NCBI GenBank assembly: GCA_965218255.1
Contig: CBDCKJ010000002.1
Location: 297,288 to 361,287, forward strand
Length of the DNA stretch: 64,000 nt
Direction: 5' to 3'
DNA from: Longimicrobiales bacterium
Lineage (GTDB): Bacteria > Gemmatimonadota > Gemmatimonadetes > Longimicrobiales > Gaopeijiaceae
Numbering within the stretch: position 1 is the first letter of the stretch; each line of letters begins with the position of its first letter. Below the pieces are notes generated by a model. The model saw nothing but the letters and a program-made list of their open reading frames with translations. It was not told the origin of the DNA and ran no database searches. This document shows, in pieces, positions 20,781 to 30,279 of this stretch. The position numbers and the translations under genes are program-made.

Positions 20781-22088
20781 ATGCGGCTCCTACTGAAGAC
20801 CATAGCGCCCTTCGGCGTGCTGCTCGCCGCGCTTCCGGCGGCGGCCGCCGCGCAGGAGGCCACGGCGGCGGACGCGATGTTCACGGTCAACAACACCTGG
20901 ATGATGGTGGCGACCTTTCTCGTCTTCATCATGCACCTCGGCTTTGCCACGCTCGAGTCAGGTCTCACCCAGTCCAAGAACACGGTGAACATCCTCTTCA
21001 AGAACATGGGGATCATCGCGATTGGTCTTCTGACCTACGCGGTCGCGGGGTTCAACCTGATGTATCCGGGCGAGTTCTCGTTTGGTCAGTTCTTCGGTTT
21101 CGCCGGCTGGGGGATCGGGACCGACGCCGCCGGGGTGACGGCCGACTACAGCCCGGGCTACACCTACTGGACGGACTTCCTCTTCCAAGGGATGTTCGCC
21201 GCCACCGCCGCGACGATCGTCTCTGGTGCGGTGGCCGAACGGGTGAAGCTCGGCTCGTTTCTCATTTTTTCCGCCATCTACGTCATGTTCGTCTATCCCA
21301 TCCTCGGCTCCTGGAAGTGGGGTGGCGGCTGGCTGGACGCGCTGGGATTCTATGATTTTGCCGGATCGACGCTCGTCCACTCCGTCGGTGGTTGGGCGGC
21401 GCTCGCCGGAGTCATCTTTCTCGGCCCGAGGCTCGGGAAGTACGTGAACGGGGCGATCCGCCCGATTCTCGGCCACAACCTCCCGCTGGCCGTCATCGGG
21501 ATGTTTCTCCTCTGGCTCGGGTGGTTCGGATTCAACGGGGGCTCCGTTCTCAGCGCCGATCCGGGGCTGGTATCCTTCGTCCTGGTAACGACCTCGCTCG
21601 CCGCGGCAGCGGGCATCATGGGTGCGATGATGACGACCTGGATCGTCCACAAGCACCCGGACGCGTCGATGGTCCTGAACGGGGCGCTTGCCGGTCTCGT
21701 CGGCATTACCGCCGGGGCGGACGTCGTGAGTGTCGCGAGCGCGGTCATCATCGGCCTCATCGCGGGGGTCATCGTCGTCTTCTCCGTCGAGACTATCGAC
21801 CGTGCCAAGCTGGACGACCCCGTTGGGGCGATCTCCGTGCACCTGACGTGCGGGATCTGGGGGACGCTCGCGGTCGGAATCTTCAGCTCGGACTTCAGCT
21901 TCGTCACACAGCTGATCGGAGTCCTGGCGTTCGGCGCCGTTGCCTTCCCGGCCGCGTCTCTCATCTTCTTCATCCTCAGGACAACGGTAGGACTCCGGGT
22001 GAGCGAGGAGGAGGAACGGCGTGGCCTCGACCTCTCGGAACACAACATGGAGGCGTATCCGGACTACACGATCTTCACGGCTCGCTGA
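20781..22088 (+). CDS. amtB: ammonium transporter
   Basis: 435 aa with signal peptide and multiple TM helices. Amt signatures include FAGSTLVHSVGGWAALAG and GAISVHLTCGIWGTLAVG. Confidence 0.95.
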   Translation: MRLLLKTIAPFGVLLAALPAAAAAQEATAADAMFTVNNTWMMVATFLVFIMHLGFATLESGLTQSKNTVNILFKNMGIIAIGLLTYAVAGFNLMYPGEFSFGQFFGFAGWGIGTDAAGVTADYSPGYTYWTDFLFQGMFAATAATIVSGAVAERVKLGSFLIFSAIYVMFVYPILGSWKWGGGWLDALGFYDFAGSTLVHSVGGWAALAGVIFLGPRLGKYVNGAIRPILGHNLPLAVIGMFLLWLGWFGFNGGSVLSADPGLVSFVLVTTSLAAAAGIMGAMMTTWIVHKHPDASMVLNGALAGLVGITAGADVVSVASAVIIGLIAGVIVVFSVETIDRAKLDDPVGAISVHLTCGIWGTLAVGIFSSDFSFVTQLIGVLAFGAVAFPAASLIFFILRTTVGLRVSEEEERRGLDLSEHNMEAYPDYTIFTAR

Positions 22089-22124
22089 GATCGCCGATCC
22101 TTCGCCCAACCTAGAACGGAGTGA

Positions 22125-22469
22125 ATGATGAAACTTGTGATTGCATACGTTCAGCCCGAGCGGCTGCACAGCGTGAAGGAAGCTCTCTCCGAGGTGGAGG
22201 TGGGCCGGATGTCGGTGACCAACGCCCTGGGCTGCGGTCAGCAGGGCGGGTTCACCGAGACGTACCGGGGGGCGGACTTCGAGGTCCAGCTCCAGAAGAA
22301 GGTGCGCTTCGAGATCGCCGTGAATGACAACTTCCTGGAGCGTACGAGGGAGGCGATCATCAAAGGCGCGCGGTCCGGGAACTTCGGGGACGGGGTGATC
22401 TTCGTGATGGATCTCGCCCAGTGCTACCGGATCCGCACCGGGGAGGAGGGCTCTCCCGCGATCGGCTGA
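22125..22469 (+). CDS. glnK: P-II family nitrogen regulatory protein
   Basis: 114 aa MMKLVIAYVQPERLHSVKEAL... with T-loop GQQGGFTETYRGADF. Lies directly downstream of amtB. Confidence 0.9.
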   Translation: MMKLVIAYVQPERLHSVKEALSEVEVGRMSVTNALGCGQQGGFTETYRGADFEVQLQKKVRFEIAVNDNFLERTREAIIKGARSGNFGDGVIFVMDLAQCYRIRTGEEGSPAIG

Positions 22470-22504
22470 CGGGAGAGGGAGGACTGGTGTGGACTGAAGG
22501 CCCA

Positions 22505-22543
22505 CCGCCCCCGGGTCCCGCTCGCTTGCGGGATCGGGGGCGG
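22505..22543 (+). terminator. long GC-rich stem-loop after glnK (possible terminator or processing signal, no U-tract)
   Basis: CCGCCCCCG..TCCCGC-tcgctt-GCGGGA..CGGGGGCGG. About 15 bp can pair. Confidence 0.3.
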
Positions 22544-22669
22544 GGTCCTTGGCCGACAGGTCGCCGCCGCCCGCCGCCCCTCCCGTCCACACGTCTAGCC
22601 GAGAATCGCACGGGCGCATAAACTGTAGGCCCATCATTCAACCTTTCATCGCAGAGACGGGACGAGGAC

Positions 22670-24082
22670 ATGACACCAGAAGACTTCTTTCGGTTTGCCA
22701 GGGAGCGCAATGCGAAGATGGTGGATCTCAAGTTCACCGATCTCCTCGGGACCTGGCAGCACTGCAGCTACCCGATCGATACGTGGGACGAGAGCGTATT
22801 CGAGGACGGGGTAGGGTTCGACGGATCTTCGGTCCGGGGGTGGCAGGCGATCAACGTCTCCGACATGCTCGCCGTCCCGGATCCCTCCACCGTAAAGGTC
22901 GACCCGTTCTTTGCGGAGCCGACGGTCAGCGTGATTGCCGACATCGTGGATCCCGAGACGCGCGAGGACTACAGCCGTGACCCGCGTCACGTTGCGCGAA
23001 AGGTCCTCGGCTACATGAAGTCCGCCGGGGTGGCGGACACCTGCTACGTGGGTCCCGAGCCCGAGTTCTTCATCTTCGACCATGTGGCTTACGAGCAGAA
23101 CCAGCACCGAGGCTTCTACCAGATCGACTCGGTGGAGGGCGCCTGGAACACGGGCCGCTTCGAGGAGCCGAACCTCGGGTACAAGCCGAGCTACAAGGGC
23201 GGCTACTTCCCGGTGAGCCCGACCGACACCTATCACGACCTCCGAAGTGACATGGTCTACGAGATGCAGAAGGTCGGGATCGTCGTGGAGGCGCACCACC
23301 ACGAGGTCGGGACCGGCGGGCAGGCGGAGATCGATATGCAGTACGCCCCTCTCCTGCAGATGGCCGACCAGTTCATGTGGTTCAAGTACATCATCAAGAA
23401 TGTGGCGAAGAACGCCGGCAAGACGGTCACCTTCATGGCGAAGCCGATCTTCCAGGACAACGGGAGCGGGATGCACACCCACATGTCGCTCTGGAAGGAC
23501 GGGCAACCGCTCTTTGCCGGCGATGGCTACGCCGGGCTGAGCGACATGGCGCTTCATGGGATCGGCGGCCTGCTCAAGCACGCGCGGGCCTTGCTCGCCT
23601 TCGCCGCGCCCACGGCCAACTCCTACCACCGACTGGTCCCCGGCTACGAGGCCCCTGTCAACCTCGCGATGTCGAAGCGCAACCGCTCCGCCTCGGTGCG
23701 GATTCCCATGTACTCGCAGAGCCCGAAGGCGAAGCGGCTTGAGTTCCGCTGCCCAGATCCGAGCTGCAACGGCTACCTCATGTTCTCGGCGATGCTCATG
23801 GCCCTGCTCGACGGGATCGAGAACCAGATCGATCCGGGCGAGCCGCTCGACCGCGACATCTACGACATGACTCCGCAGGAGCTTGGCCAGACGAATAAGA
23901 CGCCCGCCTCGCTCGAGGAGGCGCTCGGGGCGCTCGCGGATGATCACGCCTTCCTGACGAAGGGCAAGGTCTTCACGGACGACCTGATCGAGACGTGGAT
24001 CGACTACAAGATGGAAAACGAGGTCGAGGAGCTCCGCCTGAGGCCTCATCCGCACGAGTTCCACCTCTACTACGACAGCTGA
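22670..24082 (+). CDS. glnA: glutamine synthetase, type I
   Basis: 470 aa [31 protein letters not shown]... with conserved [11 protein letters not shown] and [13 protein letters not shown] blocks. Confidence 0.95.
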   Translation: MTPEDFFRFARERNAKMVDLKFTDLLGTWQHCSYPIDTWDESVFEDGVGFDGSSVRGWQAINVSDMLAVPDPSTVKVDPFFAEPTVSVIADIVDPETREDYSRDPRHVARKVLGYMKSAGVADTCYVGPEPEFFIFDHVAYEQNQHRGFYQIDSVEGAWNTGRFEEPNLGYKPSYKGGYFPVSPTDTYHDLRSDMVYEMQKVGIVVEAHHHEVGTGGQAEIDMQYAPLLQMADQFMWFKYIIKNVAKNAGKTVTFMAKPIFQDNGSGMHTHMSLWKDGQPLFAGDGYAGLSDMALHGIGGLLKHARALLAFAAPTANSYHRLVPGYEAPVNLAMSKRNRSASVRIPMYSQSPKAKRLEFRCPDPSCNGYLMFSAMLMALLDGIENQIDPGEPLDRDIYDMTPQELGQTNKTPASLEEALGALADDHAFLTKGKVFTDDLIETWIDYKMENEVEELRLRPHPHEFHLYYDS

Positions 24083-24111
24083 CCCGGCGGGAAGGGCTCA
24101 GGTGCGGGATC

Positions 24112-24156
24112 GGGCGGCCTGCCCCGGGGGGTTCGCACTCCCGGGGCGGGCCGCCC
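24112..24156. terminator. hairpin between convergent glnA and pheA (candidate bidirectional terminator)
   Basis: GGGCGGCCTGCCCCGG-(13 nt)-CCGGGGCGGGCCGCCC. Sits 30 nt after the glnA stop and 5 nt after the pheA stop. Confidence 0.45.
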
Positions 24157-24160
24157 CCTT

Positions 24161-25036
24161 CTAGTCGGCCTCCGTATCCTCCCCGGCCGCGATCCTCCAC
24201 GGATGGAAGGAGCCGAGGACCCGTATCGAGCGGGCCCGTTGCTCGAGTTCGCGGAGGGCTCGACCTACGCTGGCCTCCGAGGGACTCCCCTCGAACTCGA
24301 GGACGAAGCGGTAGCTCCACGGGGTAGCCCCGGGGCGGGACTCGAGCTTCGAGAGGTTCACCCCCTCGCGGGAGAGGGGGAGGAGGATCTCGACGAGGGA
24401 GCCGGGGCGGTTCTCCGTCTCGACCAGGAGCGCGGATTTCCACCCGTTCTCGCTGCCGCGCGCCTCGGGAGGGAGCGGCGCCTCCGTCTCGCGGCGGACC
24501 ACGAGAAAGCGCGTCTGGTTGTCCTTGCGGTCCTGCAGGTCGGCGGCGAGTACCTCGAGCCCGTAGCGCTCGGCCGCCCGCGAGGAGGCGATCGCCGCGA
24601 TCGTCGGGTCCCCCCCCTCGGCGACCTCCCGGGCTGCGCCCGCCGTATCGTATACTGCGACCGCCTCTACCCCGGGGAGGCGGGCCAGGAAGTTTCCGCA
24701 CTGGGCAAGTGCGACCGGGTGGGAGATGATCCGGCGGAGCCCATCCGTCGGTGAGCCCGGAAGCCCGAGCAGGAAGTGGCGGATGGGGCGAATGACCTCG
24801 CCGACCACGGTAAGGCCCGGCGCGGTCAGGACATCGTAGGCGGCCTGGACGGTCCCCGCGAGGCTGTTCTCGGCGGGAAGGAGGCCCGCCGTCGCGCGCC
24901 GCGATCGGAGCGCTTCCCCGACCTCGCGGAACTCCCGGCAGGGCACGGGTTCGATCTCGTCGCCGAACCAGGTGCGAGCTGCATCCTCGCTGAAAGCGCC
25001 CAACTCGCCCTGGAATGCGACGGTGAGCCTCGTCAC
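24161..25036 (-). CDS. pheA: prephenate dehydratase
   Basis: 291 aa MTRLTVAFQGELGAFSEDAA... with C-terminal ACT domain (NRPGSLVEILLPLSREGVNLSKLESRP). Confidence 0.85.
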   Translation of the reverse strand: MTRLTVAFQGELGAFSEDAARTWFGDEIEPVPCREFREVGEALRSRRATAGLLPAENSLAGTVQAAYDVLTAPGLTVVGEVIRPIRHFLLGLPGSPTDGLRRIISHPVALAQCGNFLARLPGVEAVAVYDTAGAAREVAEGGDPTIAAIASSRAAERYGLEVLAADLQDRKDNQTRFLVVRRETEAPLPPEARGSENGWKSALLVETENRPGSLVEILLPLSREGVNLSKLESRPGATPWSYRFVLEFEGSPSEASVGRALRELEQRARSIRVLGSFHPWRIAAGEDTEAD

Positions 25037-25088
25037 GCCCTCGTCTCCCTCGCCCCGGGACCGAGCGGCGCACCGGCGCAGCGCCCGA

Positions 25089-25685
25089 TCACCCGGTGGC
25101 GCCCCGTGCCTCTTCGTATCGCTGGATCTCGCCCAGGTGACCGAGCGCGAGCCCGATGTCGTCGAGGCCGTCCAGCAGGCACCGCCGGCGAAACCCGTCG
25201 ATCTTGAAGGAGATCGTAGCCCCGTCCCGGTCCCGGACGACCGAGGCCTCGAGATCGACCGTCAGCTCGTAGCCCGGACGGGCGAGGGCCTTCTCCATGA
25301 GGGCTCGCACCGCCTCCTCGGCGAGTGCGACCGGTAGCATCCCGTTCTGGTAGCAGTTGCTCTGGAAGATGTCCGCGAAGCTCGGTGCGATGAGGGCCCG
25401 GATCCCGAAGTCCGAGAGCGCCCACGCCGCATGCTCCCTCGATGAGCCGCATCCGAAGTTCCTGCCTGCGAGGAGGATCGGGGCCGAGGCGTACGGTTCC
25501 CGGTTCAGGACGAAGTCGGCGTCCGGCGTTCCGCCCTCGGGGAAGCGCCAGTCATGGAAGAGAAACTCCCCGTAGCCGGTTCTCTCGATCCGCTTCAGGA
25601 ACTGCTTTGCGATGATCTGGTCGGTGTCCACGTCCACCCGGTCCAGGGGGGCTGCGACGCCCGTCACCGTCCGAAACGCCCTCAC
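25089..25685 (-). CDS. leuD: 3-isopropylmalate dehydratase small subunit
   Basis: Internal start of ORF 25089-25889. [30 protein letters not shown]. The GTG at 25685 overlaps the leuC stop (GTGA); an ATG at 25700 is the alternative. Confidence 0.88.
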   Translation of the reverse strand: MRAFRTVTGVAAPLDRVDVDTDQIIAKQFLKRIERTGYGEFLFHDWRFPEGGTPDADFVLNREPYASAPILLAGRNFGCGSSREHAAWALSDFGIRALIAPSFADIFQSNCYQNGMLPVALAEEAVRALMEKALARPGYELTVDLEASVVRDRDGATISFKIDGFRRRCLLDGLDDIGLALGHLGEIQRYEEARGATG

Positions 25686-27121
25686 GGGTTCCCTCCCCAT
25701 TCGCGAATATCCACGAAGTGCCCCTCGATCGCCGCGGCTGCCGCCATCGCCGGGCTCGCCAGGTGCGTACGTCCCCCGCGTCCCTGCCGGCCCTCGAAGT
25801 TCCGGTTCGAGGTGGAGGCGCACCGCTCCCCGGCCCCGAGGATATCCGGGTTCATCCCGAGGCACATCGAGCAGCCCGCCTCCCGCCACTCGAAGCCCGC
25901 CTCGGCAAAGACTCGGTCGAGCCCCTCACCCTCGGCCGCGCGTTTTACCTGTGTCGAACCTGGAACGACGATCGCCCGCACCCCACTGTGTACCCGTCGC
26001 CCCTCGACGACCCGGGCAGCGGCCCTCAGGTCCTCGAGGCGGGCGTTCGTGCACGAGCCGATGAAGACCCGGTCGAGCGCCACGGTCTCGATCGGCGTCC
26101 CGGGCGCAAGCCCCATGTACTCGAGCGCTCGCCTGGCCGCGTCCCGGTCCCCGGCCTCCTCCATCTCGTCCGGGTCGGGGACCCGACCCGTCACCGGGAC
26201 GGCCATCGCCGGGTTCGTGCCCCAGGTGACGGTGGGTGCGATCTTCCCGGCGTCGATGGCAACGATGCGGTCGAATTCGGCCGCGGAACCCGAGTAGAGC
26301 GTCGACCACTCCCTCACGGCGGCCTCGAAGGCCTCCCCCCCGGGTGCGTGCTCGCGACCTCGGACGTACTCGAAGGTCGTCTCGTCCGGGGCGATCATCC
26401 CCGCCCTCGCCCCCCCTTCGATCGACATGTTGCAGACCGTCATGCGCCCCTCCATCGAGAGGCTCCGGATCGCCTCCCCGGAGTATTCGATGACGTACCC
26501 CTGCCCGCCGCTGACCCCGAGCTTCCCGATGATCCCCAGGATCAGGTCCTTCGCCGTGACGCCCGGACCGAGCGTGCCCGTGACCTCGACCCTGAGCGTC
26601 TGAGGCTTCTCCATCCACAGACACTGCGTGGCGAGGACCTGCTCGACCTGCGAGGTTCCGATCCCGAAGGCGAGACACCCGAAAGCTCCGTGCGTCGACG
26701 TATGGCTGTCCCCGCACACGATCGTCATCCCGGGACGGGTATACCCGAGCTCCGGCCCGATCACGTGGACGATCCCCTGGCACGGGTCATCCATCCCGTA
26801 GTAGGTGAGCCCGAACTCTGCCGCATTCTCCTCGAGCGCCTCGATCTGGCGGCGCGCCAAGTGGTCGCGTACAGGGAGGGAGCGAGGCCACGTCGGTACG
26901 TTGTGGTCCACGGTGGCGACGGTCCGGTCCGGCCTTCGGACCTTGCGCCCCGCGAGCCTCAGACCCTCGAAGGCCTGCGGGGAGGTGACCTCGTGGACGA
27001 GGTGGAGATCGATGTAGAGGAGATCCGGCCTCCCGGCCTCCCGGCAGACTACGTGTGTGTCCCAGATCTTGTCGAAGAGCGTCCTCGGCCCGCCGCCCCC
27101 GGCACTCCCGTCCGGGTTCAT
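25682..27121 (-). CDS. leuC: 3-isopropylmalate dehydratase large subunit
   Basis: Internal ATG (residue 204) of ORF 25682-27730. [25 protein letters not shown]..., aconitase-family Cys ligands (CGDSHT, GSCTN). Its start overlaps the ilvE stop (ATGA). Confidence 0.92.
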   Translation of the reverse strand: MNPDGSAGGGGPRTLFDKIWDTHVVCREAGRPDLLYIDLHLVHEVTSPQAFEGLRLAGRKVRRPDRTVATVDHNVPTWPRSLPVRDHLARRQIEALEENAAEFGLTYYGMDDPCQGIVHVIGPELGYTRPGMTIVCGDSHTSTHGAFGCLAFGIGTSQVEQVLATQCLWMEKPQTLRVEVTGTLGPGVTAKDLILGIIGKLGVSGGQGYVIEYSGEAIRSLSMEGRMTVCNMSIEGGARAGMIAPDETTFEYVRGREHAPGGEAFEAAVREWSTLYSGSAAEFDRIVAIDAGKIAPTVTWGTNPAMAVPVTGRVPDPDEMEEAGDRDAARRALEYMGLAPGTPIETVALDRVFIGSCTNARLEDLRAAARVVEGRRVHSGVRAIVVPGSTQVKRAAEGEGLDRVFAEAGFEWREAGCSMCLGMNPDILGAGERCASTSNRNFEGRQGRGGRTHLASPAMAAAAAIEGHFVDIREWGGNP

Positions 27122-28092
27122 CCCGCCGCCTCCGCCGGGACGGACTCGCCGGGCGTGGGCGCGCTTCGCACCGGGGTCAGCCACTCGTAACGGTCCGGGC
27201 GAACCCCCTTCGCCACGTCCATGAGGTCCCGGTGGAGCTGCCGCGCGACCGGGCCGGGCTTCCCGCGCCCGACGGGGATCCGGTCCACGCTCCGTATCGG
27301 GCTGACCTCGGAGGCGGTCCCGGTGAAGAAGAGTTCGTCGGCGATGTAGAGCGCCTCCCTCGGCATCGGCTCCGTGTGGACCGGGATCTCCCGCTCCCTC
27401 GCGAGGGTGACGATGCAGTTCCGGGTGATCCCTGGGAGCATCGCCCCGTCGACCGGCGGGGTGTAGAGGGCGCCGTTTCGCACGAGGAAGAGGTTCTGCC
27501 CGCTGCCCTCGCTCACCATCCCGTCCACGTTGAGGGCGATCGCCTCGGTGTAGCCGTTCTGTACGGCCTCCATCTTCATGAGGCCTGCGTTCAGGTAGTT
27601 GCCGCCCGCCTTCGCGAGGGTCGGGAAGGTATTCGCGGCGGGGCGCTGCCACGACGAGACGCAGACATCGACCCCGTCGTCGATGGCCTCCGCCCCGAGG
27701 TACGCACCCCACCGCCAGCAGGCCAGGCACACCTCAAGCGGGCTCAGAAGTGGGTTCAGGCCCACGGTCCCGTACCCCCGGAAGGCGAGGGGTCGGATGT
27801 AGCACTCCTCCAGGTCGTTTCGCCGGATGAGCTCGAGGACCCGTTCCCCGAGCTCCTCCGTCGAGTAGGGGAGGTCCATCCGGTAGATCCGGGCCGAATC
27901 GGTGAAGCGTTGCATGTGATCCGTGAGGCGCAGCACGGCGGGGCCCGTGGGGGTCCGGTAACACCTCACCCCCTCGAAGACCGAGGATCCGTAGTGGAGC
28001 GCGTGTGCCATGACGTGGACCGTGGCGTCTCGCCAGGGGATGAACTCCCCGTTTCGCCAGATCCAGCCGGACTCCGGAAAGTTGCTGCTCAT
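27118..28092 (-). CDS. ilvE: branched-chain amino acid aminotransferase
   Basis: Internal ATG (residue 109) of ORF 27118-28416. [43 protein letters not shown]. Its start overlaps the ilvC stop (ATGA). Confidence 0.88.
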   Translation of the reverse strand: MSSNFPESGWIWRNGEFIPWRDATVHVMAHALHYGSSVFEGVRCYRTPTGPAVLRLTDHMQRFTDSARIYRMDLPYSTEELGERVLELIRRNDLEECYIRPLAFRGYGTVGLNPLLSPLEVCLACWRWGAYLGAEAIDDGVDVCVSSWQRPAANTFPTLAKAGGNYLNAGLMKMEAVQNGYTEAIALNVDGMVSEGSGQNLFLVRNGALYTPPVDGAMLPGITRNCIVTLAREREIPVHTEPMPREALYIADELFFTGTASEVSPIRSVDRIPVGRGKPGPVARQLHRDLMDVAKGVRPDRYEWLTPVRSAPTPGESVPAEAAG

Positions 28093-29102
28093 GCCTCGCT
28101 TCCTCCATCCGCGAGCCACGTCATGCGGGAGCGAAGCCCCTCGCCCACGCGCTCGACCTGATGCGCCCGCCCCTCGGCCCTGAGGCACCTGAACTCGGAT
28201 GCCTCGCCCTGGGACTCCTCGATCCACCGTTTCGCGAACTCGCCGGAGCGGATCTCCGCGAGGATCTCCTGCATCGCCTCCCGGCTCCGGGCCCCGACGA
28301 CCCTGGGCCCGCTGATGTAGTCGCCCCACTCCGCCGTATCGCTGATCTCGCTGCGCATCCCGGAGAGCCCCGCCTTGTAGGCGAGGTCCACGATCAGCTT
28401 CATCTCGTGGAGGCACTCGAAGTAGGCGAGCTCGGGCTGGTAGCCCGCCTCGACGAGCGTCTCGAAGCCGTTCTGGATGAGCGCCGTGAGCCCGCCGCAG
28501 AGGACCGCCTGCTCCCCGAAGAGGTCGGTTTCCGTCTCCTCGGCGAAGGTGGTCTCGAGGACGCCCGCCCGTGTCGACCCGATCGCGTGTGCGTAGGCAA
28601 GCGCGATGCCGTGCGCCTCCCCGCCCGCGTCCTGATGGACGGCGATGAGCGCCGGGACGCCGTTTCCCTCGCTGGCCTCCCGGTAGAGCATCGCTCCGGG
28701 AGACTTGGGCGCGACCATGATGACGTCCACTCCCTCGGGAGCCTTGATCTCTCCATAGTGGACGTTGAATCCGTGCGCGAACAGGAGTGCGTTGCCGGGC
28801 TCGAGGTGCGGTTCGATCTCCTCCCGGTAGACGCGGGCCTGCACGGTGTCGGGGAGGAGGATTGCGATCAGGTCAGCCCCCCGGGCCGCCTCGCTCACGC
28901 TCATGAGGGGGATCCCCGCCCGCTCGACAAGGGGGGCCGAGCTGCTCCCGGCCCTCAGCCCTACCCTCACGTCGAGACCCGCCTCGTGGAGCAACTTGGC
29001 ATGCGCGCTCCCCTGGCTGCCGAATCCCATGACGGCGATCTTCCTGGGGTCGAGGAGCGCCGGGTTCGCGTCGCTTGCGGTCCAGATCCGAGCCTCGCTC
29101 AT
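28089..29102 (-). CDS. ilvC: ketol-acid reductoisomerase
   Basis: Internal ATG (residue 29) of ORF 28089-29186. MSEARIWTASDANPALLDPRKIAVMGFGSQGSAHA... Confidence 0.92.
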   Translation of the reverse strand: MSEARIWTASDANPALLDPRKIAVMGFGSQGSAHAKLLHEAGLDVRVGLRAGSSSAPLVERAGIPLMSVSEAARGADLIAILLPDTVQARVYREEIEPHLEPGNALLFAHGFNVHYGEIKAPEGVDVIMVAPKSPGAMLYREASEGNGVPALIAVHQDAGGEAHGIALAYAHAIGSTRAGVLETTFAEETETDLFGEQAVLCGGLTALIQNGFETLVEAGYQPELAYFECLHEMKLIVDLAYKAGLSGMRSEISDTAEWGDYISGPRVVGARSREAMQEILAEIRSGEFAKRWIEESQGEASEFRCLRAEGRAHQVERVGEGLRSRMTWLADGGSEA

Positions 29103-29190
29103 TGCTGTCTCCTTCAGTGATTCCGTTCGTGTTCGCTCCCCGCCTGCGGGGGACTTCATTGAATGTGCCGATTCTCGCCCGTCCACTCAA

Positions 29191-30267
29191 TCAGTCGGCG
29201 AGGAGCGCCTCGATCACGCTCTCGGCGATCTCGCGTGTTCCGCTCACCGTCTCTCCGGGCCGGGCCAGATCGGCCGGACGCATCCCCGAGCCGAGAACGC
29301 CGTGGATTGCCCTCTCGATCGCCGCCCCGATCTCGGGGCGCCTCGCCGTGTGGTGAAAGAGCAGCGCGATCGAGAGGATGGCCGCGATCGGGTTCGCGAT
29401 CCCCTCCCCCGCGATGTCCGGCGCCGAGCCGTGCACGGGCTCGTAGAGCGCCGCCGACGGGCCGAGGCTCGCCGAGGCGAGCAGGCCGATGGAGCCGGCC
29501 ACCCCCGCCGCCTCATCGCTCAGGATGTCGCCGAAGAGATTCTCGGTGAGGATCACGTCGAATGCGCTCGGCTGGAGGACGAGCTCCATCGCCGCCCGGT
29601 CGACGAGCATGTGCTCGAGTTCCACCTCGGGGAAGTCGCTTCCCACCTCGGTGACGACCTCTCGCCAGAGGCGGCTCGTCTCGAGCACATTCGCCTTGTC
29701 CACCGAAACGACCTGCCGCCGCCTCGACCGGGCCGCTTCGAAGGCGACTGCGGCGACGCGCCGGATCTCCGAATCGCGGTAGCGGAGCGTGTTCACGGCC
29801 TCCGCCTCGGCCCCCTCGCGGTTGATCGCGCGTGGCTCCCCGTAGTAGAGTCCGCTCGAGAGCTCCCGGACGATGAGGAAGTCCGTCCCGCGGATCCGCT
29901 CCGCCTTGAGCGGGGAGGCCTCGACGAGCGGGTCGAGGACGAGCGTCGGCCGGAGATTCGCGTAGCAGTCGAGGACCTTCCGGAGCCGGAGAAGGCCGGC
30001 TTCCGGCCGGAGTTCGGGGGCGATCTCGTCGGCCCGCGGATCGCCGACCGCTCCGAGAAAGACCGCGTCCGCTCCCGCCACCCCACGCTCCGTCTCGGGC
30101 GGAAGTGGCGTGCCGGCGACGCGGTAGCCCTCCCACCCGACCGGATACGTCTCGAGTTCCACGGGAAGGTCGAAGCGGCCAGCGGCGGCCTCGAGAACCC
30201 GGAGGGCGGCCTCCGTAACCTCCGGGCCGATCCCGTCGCCCGGGAGTACGGCTAGCTTCAGCGTCAT
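29191..30267 (-). CDS. leuB: 3-isopropylmalate dehydrogenase
   Basis: 358 aa MTLKLAVLPGDGIGPEV... with NLFGDILSDEAA motif. Confidence 0.95.
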   Translation of the reverse strand: MTLKLAVLPGDGIGPEVTEAALRVLEAAAGRFDLPVELETYPVGWEGYRVAGTPLPPETERGVAGADAVFLGAVGDPRADEIAPELRPEAGLLRLRKVLDCYANLRPTLVLDPLVEASPLKAERIRGTDFLIVRELSSGLYYGEPRAINREGAEAEAVNTLRYRDSEIRRVAAVAFEAARSRRRQVVSVDKANVLETSRLWREVVTEVGSDFPEVELEHMLVDRAAMELVLQPSAFDVILTENLFGDILSDEAAGVAGSIGLLASASLGPSAALYEPVHGSAPDIAGEGIANPIAAILSIALLFHHTARRPEIGAAIERAIHGVLGSGMRPADLARPGETVSGTREIAESVIEALLAD

Positions 30268-30279
30268 TGCTGCCCCGCC

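Noticed and set aside
22550-22564. TGGCCGACAGGTCGC as a sigma-54 promoter for glnA.
   Set aside because: Only the GG-N10-GC skeleton matches, and no upstream dyad pair is present. Such matches are frequent by chance in GC-rich sequence.
23973-25073. 366-aa Arg/Gly/Pro-rich ORF overlapping pheA. Similar cases are 29513-31159 over leuB/leuA and 25682-27730 upstream of the leuC start.
   Set aside because: These are alternative frames or upstream extensions of well-supported genes. Their composition is typical of off-frame GC-rich translation.
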